From NCBI GenBank assembly GCA_965240325.2, contig OZ251225.1, positions 2,108,001 to 2,172,000 on the forward strand: DNA of 64,000 bases, read 5' to 3'. The stretch comes from Rebecca billardiae RCC1528 (Eukaryota > Protista > Haptophyta). The notes under the pieces were generated by a model. It ran no database searches. It had not been told where the DNA came from and was given only the letters and a program-made list of their open reading frames with translations. A program made the position numbers and the translations under genes. Position 1 is the first letter of the stretch; the number at the start of each line of letters is the position of its first letter. Shown piece by piece: positions 56,891 through 64,000 of this stretch.

Positions 56891-59800
56891 CGGGGAACTT
56901 ACAGTCAGACGCTCTGAATCGGCCCCCTCGCTCAGAGCGCTCTGAGCGAGGGGCCGATTCAGAGGGTTTTCCGCCCGCCCCACTGGCGAGCGCGGTCGGG
57001 ACGCACATCGCACTGGGGCGGTGCTCAGCACTGCACTCACGGCTCGCCGCGATGTGTTCGGGCGGTGGACGGGGCTGAATCGGCCGAGAGTGACGGTGCG
57101 ATGGGCCGTGGTGACTCTGCCATCACCCAGTGATCTCGTGCGGTGCCAGCTCGCCCTTCGCTTCGTCGCCACTCGCACTCGCACCAGTCGCGTGCGCCCA
57201 TGGCTTGCCTTTCGCGCGCTGTGTTCCCGCGCAGTGTGTGCTTGGTAGCAGGGTGCTGGTGGCCGGTGGTTGCCGGCGCGGAGGAACGAAATGTTTGCAG
57301 CTACGCTACATCCCAGACGCCATGTGCCCGTCCTCGTCGAGCGATGGACAGACACGCGTGTCGCGCATGCGCTCGCGGAAGCAGGCTGCACGGCGGCGCG
57401 CGGGCCTGGCTGCACGCGCAGGACAAGCTGCACCACACAGCTGCCCCCGCCATGAGCCCCAGCTGCGTACGCACACCTCTTCCGTGTTGTCTGATCCGCC
57501 AGGCCGACACGGTGCGGAGACTGCGTGCGTGAGACACCAACAGTCAGCGGCCACAGCGCACACGGTTGCGTGCGGCAGCAATCTGGCTTACAGCTTTCTC
57601 TCGGAAGCGATGGCCACGTCGACCGGCTGGCAACGTCGGTGCGCTAAGCGATGGCGCGACATCGCTGCTACCTGCCGTTGGGGACCCCTCGCGCAAGAAA
57701 GCCCTCGTTCCTCGTCGGAAGGGCGGGCGCGACCGCGCCACGCCTCCCTCGCGCTGCTCGCATTGCTCACGGCCACGCTTGCGCTCACGCTCGCGACATC
57801 GGCCGCGCCACCGCCCGTGGTAGTGAGCTCGGTCACCACCGCCGTGGTGCTTTCGGGTGCTTTACGTTGCCCTGGCCTACCGTGCGCCGGCAGCCGCCAG
57901 GCGAGTGCATTGGCCTCCGGCCGGCAGGGCGGCCGTTCTCACTCTGCGAGTGCGCGCGCTGGGGCGAACTGCTTCGGCATGCCCGGCGTCCTGATTCAGA
58001 CGGCAAGTGCATCTGCATCCGCCCGACACGCCGCCCACTGAGCGCCAGGCGCCGCACCGATGGTGCTATTGCTGCAGCTGAGCGGACCTGGTGCCGAGCG
58101 TCTGACGCTGTGCATGTTGCGAAACCCACCGCCATTGCCGCACCCGTCCGCATGCGCATGGGTCAGCGCTGCTTGAGGTGCTGCCGTCAGGCGCGCGCGG
58201 CGAGCGGCCTCCACCATCGGCACCGCCGCCGAAGTGCCAGACGCGGAAGGGGCTGTCTCGCCCACGTACAGCGCTAAGCTGCGCGCCGGGCGGGACACGC
58301 CCACCACGCCCGGCGGGTACGAAGTCCTCCTAAGGCTCCGAGCGCCGACGCTGTACGCGGTGACGAGTTGAGCCCTGCTGCACAGCTTCTGCAAACGCCA
58401 AGTCTCGGACTCATTCTATGATTTAACGACACAGGTAGGACGACGCGGGCCTCCTGATTCGTCGGCGGCAGTGCCCGATCGTCGACACGAAGTCGGCGTT
58501 GGTGGCAGAGCATAGCCTGCACCGCGATCGTAAAGCTTGAGCGCGGCCTTGAGCTGCTGAAGCGCGATCCACCTGCGCTGCGCGGCTCGCATGGACCTGC
58601 TGTGCCCCGAGCAAGGGCGAAAGTGCAGGTCCGGATGTCAGCTGGCAGTCTCAGCCGCGGGTAGCAGCTGGTCGAGCCTGCCCCGTGCTCCCCGGGCGGT
58701 CGCGTACGCGCTTGCTGCTCGAGCCAGCTGGCTGGCTGGCGGCGGCTGGCGCTGCGGCGTCGTCCAGGGTGCGCTTTGCCCGCTGCGGCGACGCCTCCTC
58801 GTCGTCCAAGTCGTCGCCCGGGGGCGAGTCTCGGTCATCGTGGAGGGGGGCAGCAGGGGCTGGCGTGGGCGGTGCAGCGGTCGGCGCCAGGCGCGCCGCC
58901 TTGCGCGCCTGGCGTTCCTTGACGGCGCGGCTCGCCGAGGAGCGACGGCTCGATGGAGAACGAATCCGTCGGCCCTCGGCGTCGCGCCGTTGCCCGCGCT
59001 TCCCACGCCGGGGCTTCTTCTTCCGCTTCTGAGAGTGCTGCTGCTCGTCGTTTGCCTGCAGCACCTCAGCGTCCATGCCCTGCGCGGCGGGCGGGCGAAC
59101 CGGCGGGGCCGGCTTGCGCGCTGCGCGCTGGGCGGTCGGCGGGGGAGCACGAGTAGGCGCGCCACGGCCTCCCTTGCGCCGCCGGCTGCCACCGGCGGGG
59201 GTTCCCTGTGGAGAAGCAAGGCCTGCATCCGTCACGGCCGTCGGACTCTGCGCAAGCTGGATTTTTATTTTAATTAAAATCCCTGCAAGGCGGAATGAAA
59301 AAGAGGCTGCATAAAATCCCAATCCACAAGTCATCTCCCCTCATAACGCTGGTACGGCTGCGTTGAAGCTGCCAACGCGAGCCACAACAGTTGTTGTCCC
59401 AGCCGCAGCATCTGCAGCAGCTGCTTGGAGCAGGACTCCCGCGACAGCGACCCCCCGAAGCACCTTCCCGCGCGGCTGCTCGGACGACTGTGTCCTCAGA
59501 TTGCCGCCGCTCAGCCGATCGTCGAGCCACAGCTGCCGGAGGTGCAAGGGCTGCGAGTGCTGTTGGCGATATGTCAGCAAGTGCGGGTGTGCCAGCGGCA
59601 GCGATGGGGCGACTGCCACCGGCGCTATTGCTGTTTCATCAATCGAAGCAACGGCTGCATCAGCTGCTGCGCGCCGCCGCATGTGCCAGTGACCTGTGTG
59701 CGCCGTGGCCGCTGACTGTCGGTGTCTCACGCAGTCTCCGCGCGGTGTCGGCCTGGCGGATCAGACAACACGGAAGAGGTGTGCGTACGCAGCTGGGGCT

Positions 59801-60365
59801 CATGGCGGGGGCAGCTGTGTGGTGCAGCTTGTCCTGCGCGTGCAGCCAGGCCCGCGCGCCGCTGTGCAGCCTGCTTCCGCGAGCGCATGCGCGACACGCG
59901 TGTCTGTCCATCGCTCGACGAGGACGGGCACATGGCGTCTGGGATGTAGCGTAGCTGCAAACATTTCGTTCCTCCGCGCCGGCAACCACCGGCCACCAGC
60001 ACCCTGCTACCAAGCACACACTGCGCGGGAACACAGCGCGCGAAAGGCAAGCCATGGGCGCACGCGACTGGTGCGAGTGCGAGTGGCGACGAAGCGAAGG
60101 GCGAGCTGGCACCGCACGAGATCACTGGGTGATGGCAGAGTCACCACGGCCCATCGCACCGTCACTCTCGGCCGATTCAGCCCCGTCCACCGCCCGAACA
60201 CATCGCGGCGCGCCGTGAGTGCAGCGCTGAGCACCGCCCCAGTACGATGTGCGTCCCGCACCGCGCTCGCCAGTGGGGCGGGCGGAAAACCCTCTGAATC
60301 GGCCCCTCGCTCAGAGCGCTCTGAGCGAGGGGGCCGATTCAGAGCGTCTGACTGTAAGTTCCCCG
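56891..60365. mobile_element. Non-autonomous DNA transposon with ~675-bp terminal inverted repeats (foldback/MULE-like) and 8-bp TSD GTCACCGT
   Basis: TIRs at 56891-~57566 and ~59692-60365 (CGGGGAACTTACAGTCAGAC...). GTCACCGT at 56883-56890 and 60366-60373. No transposase motif seen inside. Confidence 0.9.
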
Positions 60366-60380
60366 GTCACCGTTGGCGTC

Positions 60381-60638
60381 CTACAGTTTATATCATACTA
60401 TGTTTTAACGAATAAATAACGTGCACACTTGGTTAAGGCGTGATTGACGCCATCCAACACTGCACAAAGACACCGCGACAAAACAGACCCAGCTGTGGTC
60501 AGCCAGGACGGTCATTCCGTCATTGTACTACGTTGTACAGTACGTACTCCGCGTACGACAGTACTGTATTGATGTGACAAGCCTGGGCTTGAAACCTGCC
60601 CCGGTCAGGTGTCGCGGTGAGAAACTGAGCTGCAGCAG
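60381..60638 (-). mobile_element. tRNA-headed SINE-like element, second copy
   Basis: Minus-strand GCAGCTCAGTT and GGTTTCAAGCCC (A/B-box-like, 60581-60635). Body and 3' end match 11548-11645; terminus TAAACTGTAG. Confidence 0.5.
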
Positions 60639-61349
60639 ATGATTCTGTGCCTACTGAGTACTGTACTGCCTGGCACTGCCGATCACGGGAGTCCTGATCA
60701 CTCCGCCATGGTCAAGTCAAAAGTACGCCGGCGCCCCGTCGGACACTCGGAGCGGCTTACGCGGACGCGACGGTCAGCTGCTCTCCGTTGCTGCGCTGAG
60801 CTGCAGCCTCCTGGTCTGCTCCCAGCCGCGCCGCCCCGCCAGCCCATAATCTCCGCGACGCTGGGTCAGGCGCGGGCGGGCCGCACGGGCCGCGCCGCGG
60901 CGCGGTCGGCGGTGGGCCGGTGCACGTCGCGGCCTCCGGCAGCCTACTCAGTACGGCGCGCGGAATACGATGGCCATGGGGCAGCCTGGGGCGGCCAGGT
61001 GCGGTCGAACCGGCTGCCAGTGAGCACTGCTTTGGTGTCGTCCCATTTGCCATACATCCAATGCCTAGCTTATTCGCCGGTGGCCCTCGTAATGGGATGC
61101 AGGGCATTCGCCCTGCAGTGCAGCTGATTGTCAGCCAGATGAACCTTCCAGCGGAAGGCCGCGAGCATGCAGTGATGCAGTCCCCCAGCAAGAACACCAA
61201 TGGCGAAGAGAAGGCAACGTCAGGCGGGGGTCTGCCATACATCTCGTGACGCCAGCACACGGCGGCGACGTTCATACCCGAGCTCTCGCGCCCGGGTGCG
61301 TGGTCACATCATCGAGCGGCAGACAGGCTCGTGTAGCGGCAGGTATGCG

Positions 61350-61715
61350 TCACCTCGATGCGCGCACGTAGAGGAATGAGCGCTCAAAGATCTTGTCGAC
61401 GTACCGCTTGATCTTCTCCTTCGATCGTTGCTTGTGCCATCTTTCCCTCCCGCTATCCATCTTGGCGATCCATTTGTGCGTGACGTCACGTGCGAGGTGC
61501 TTGAAGTCCTCCTTGGAACTGATGCGACCTGTGACATAGTACTCGTGCAGCGACTCCTTTACTGCCTTGGCGACGCTCTCCTTCAGCGACCTGTCGCCAC
61601 CGCGTGATGAGCCGCCGTCGGCACGCGCCGGCTTGGCCTCCTGTGCCGCCCGGATGCCGGCATCTCCATCCTCGGACGCTGGCGCCCCCTCGTTGGGTGG
61701 TTCCGGTTCCGACAT
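61350..61715 (-). CDS. SRI (Set2-Rpb1-interacting)-like domain protein or terminal exon
   Basis: VAKAVKESLHEYY..GRISSKEDFKHLARDVTH...KEKIKRYVDK matches the SRI-family pattern. ATG at 61715. Confidence 0.7.
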   Translation of the reverse strand: MSEPEPPNEGAPASEDGDAGIRAAQEAKPARADGGSSRGGDRSLKESVAKAVKESLHEYYVTGRISSKEDFKHLARDVTHKWIAKMDSGRERWHKQRSKEKIKRYVDKIFERSFLYVRASR

Positions 61716-62746
61716 GCTGCTCACTGCCGACCGGCCCGGCAGGCGGAAGGCCGGCTGCAGAACAGCTTTTGCTCAAGCAGCGTCGACGGCGAGGCGAAGC
61801 AGTTCAAATCGTCTTGGTCCTTTCTGATTCCGTGCGTTCAAGGCATTACTTGTATGGGTAAAGTCATGAGAGCTGAATTCTTTTTCAAAAAGCGGCACTG
61901 GGTTTCCGTCGCCGCCCGCCGCCGCTGCCGCGCCGGGGCACTGGCGCCCGCACCCAAGGCCGTGGCGGCCATCGATGGTCCCTGCGGTCTCACTCACTGC
62001 AACCTTGGAACGTTCGGCTGCTCAGCCGATCAGGAAGTGCGGGAGCGCCGCCTCTCGTCATGTCGTCCAGTCCGGATCCTTAGCAGCTACGAGTTACGAC
62101 TTACGTAGTCCGGAGTAGTCACTCCGCCGTCGGCCGTGCGACGACCTCAGGGCCTCAGGCTGAGTGACTCAGGCTCAGGCGCTGTCAGTCCGTTCACGTT
62201 GACCGTTCCCCGGTCGGCCGACTATAATTCACTAATTGACTGAGTCACTATCCGTGACGTCCGCCCCGGACCGCCGTCCGCCCCGTCCAGCCTCCACCTG
62301 GCACCTGTCCCGCGGGCGGGCTCCGGACAAGGCCTCCGCCCTCCGCCGGCTCCGGTCACCCGCACCGGTGCCAGTCAGCCAGTGCCCAGTCCCGATACTG
62401 TCCCGTATTCCGTAACGGTTACTAACGGTACGGGCCGAATTGGCCACTAGAACAATGGAACATGGCCCCCGTCCGCCCCGAAAACGTGATGCGCGTCGTG
62501 CGGCGGCTGCTCGGACCTCTATGGCGGACCCAACAAATACGCAGCACGCCCCTTGGAGACAGGGGACTTCCGTCCACGGCTCCGACCCACTCCGCGGCGG
62601 CAGGGCCGAAGACGAGGCCCGTGCGCGTGCGCACACGGACTCGGCCACTCCGGCAGAAGAGCTCCAAGCACAGTCGGCTCGATCTGCAAGGGCGCCCGGC
62701 CAAACGGCCGTGCGAGGGCGCGTCTGGCGCGCGCGGCGCGAGCTGC

Positions 62747-64000
62747 CTACCGCATGCCGACGCGGTGCGAGACCGTCGCGAGCACCTGGGCCTTCTCGAC
62801 CGCCTGGAGCCCGGAGGTGTCGAGCACATGCATGATCTGCGCGATGGCCTCCTGCTGCTCATAGGTGAGGGCGGGAGCGCCGACCGCGGCCGAGCCGCTG
62901 TAGCCGGCCCGGCTGGGAGATGCCGGCGGCGACGCCGCGCGTCGGCCAACTGAGTTGCTGCGCTGCACGCCGCCGCCGGGGATGACGCCCGTGAACGAGT
63001 GCTGCGTGATACTCCCGTTGCGCACAGGCGACTCGCCGCGCGCGGGCGAGCCGCCGCGCGCGGGCGAGTTGCCCCGGTAGGAATCGCGCGAGCCCGAGAC
63101 GCGCGCAGTGCGCTCACTCTCACTGTGAGGGCGGGCGGGCGCGCGGACGGGGCGAAGTAGGGTGAGCCGGGCGGGCGGGTCGGGCGGCGTGGCACGTGGC
63201 GCGCGCCGAGCCGCGCGGCGCCGCACAGTCTCTGCTCGATCTGCGAGCGGATCGAGCCGACGGCGCCTTTTTTGATCGTCGGCGCGCCCTGGGGACGAGG
63301 CTCGGGGCCAGCCGCGTCCTTGGGCTCGTGGCCCTCTGCGCCGTGAGCGTGCGACGGCTGGCGCGAGTGTGTGTCGGTCGGAGGCATCGAGCCCATGTCG
63401 AGCTTGGGCACGCCCTGCGCGCGCGCACGCGCGGGGTCACGCGGGCGAGGCGGGGCAGCGAGGTGGATGGCGGCAGCACGCGCGTGAGAGGGCGGTGTGG
63501 CGCGCACACGCACGCGGCCTGTCCGCAGCGCCGCGCCGCGCGTCACGCGTCGCGAAGGCGAGCGCGCGTCCGCTCGCGCGTACCGACGAGCTCGCACCGC
63601 CATGCCCGCCATGCGACGCGGCCCCGCCATACCCGCCCTGCGGCGCGGTGGGCCCCAACGCGGGCGAGTGCTGCCCCACGACCGAGCCGTGAGGTGCAAT
63701 CTTGGGCGGCGGCGAGCCCGCCGCCACGTTCTCCTCTGTTGGCATCTCCTGGTGCATCATGCGCCACTGGTACGAGTCGGTGCGCGTGTACGAGGGGCGG
63801 CGCGCGCCGACGCCGGCCGAGGCGGGCGAGGTGCCGGCGGCGGCGGAGGGCGTCGCGGCCGCCGCCGAGCTCGCCGCCGAGGCGTTCAGCGCCGCCTGCG
63901 CCATCTCCACCTCCGCGCGCTCGCGCTCGGCGCGCTCGCGCTCGGCGCGCTCGGCGGCCTCGCGCTCGGCGCGCTCGCGCTCGGCGCGCTCGCGCTGCTC
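62747..64000 (-). CDS. 3' part of a coiled-coil/low-complexity protein gene; exons >64000-63584, 63414-63227 and 63122-62747
   Basis: ERAER-type coiled-coil repeats. Introns GTACGC..GCAG (63583-63415) and GTGCGG..ACAG (63226-63123) join the three ORF frames. Confidence 0.7.

Overview
GC-rich eukaryotic DNA with short GT-AG introns, microsatellites and transposon relics. The style resembles a unicellular alga such as a haptophyte, which is an inference and not confirmed. From left to right: (1) a giant secreted Ser/Pro (extensin-like) gene on the minus strand, missed by the ORF track and running off the left edge; (2) TE relics; (3) a three-copy tandem ~3 kb chimeric unit, each copy carrying an intact ORF of 8-9 EsV-1-7-type Cys/His 38-aa repeats head-to-head with a decayed DHX34-like helicase 5' fragment; (4) a polycystin-2-like channel, a kinesin, a phospholipase-B1-like SGNH hydrolase and a very large PKD1-like GPS protein with a Ser/Pro stalk; (5) ATP-grasp, ERMARD/DUF4209-like, DUF726/TMCO4-like and DCC1-like genes; (6) tRNA-headed SINE-like elements, a 3.5 kb non-autonomous long-TIR transposon with an 8-bp TSD, an SRI-domain ORF and the 3' end of another gene. 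The most interesting candidate system is the EsV-1-7 repeat family. Its scaffold is nearly invariant, variation is concentrated in two short windows per repeat, each paralog has a different repeat order, and a basic NLS-like tail follows. This resembles a modular, recombinable recognition code like TALE, PPR or zinc-finger arrays. All family assignments come from motif recognition by eye, not from database searches.
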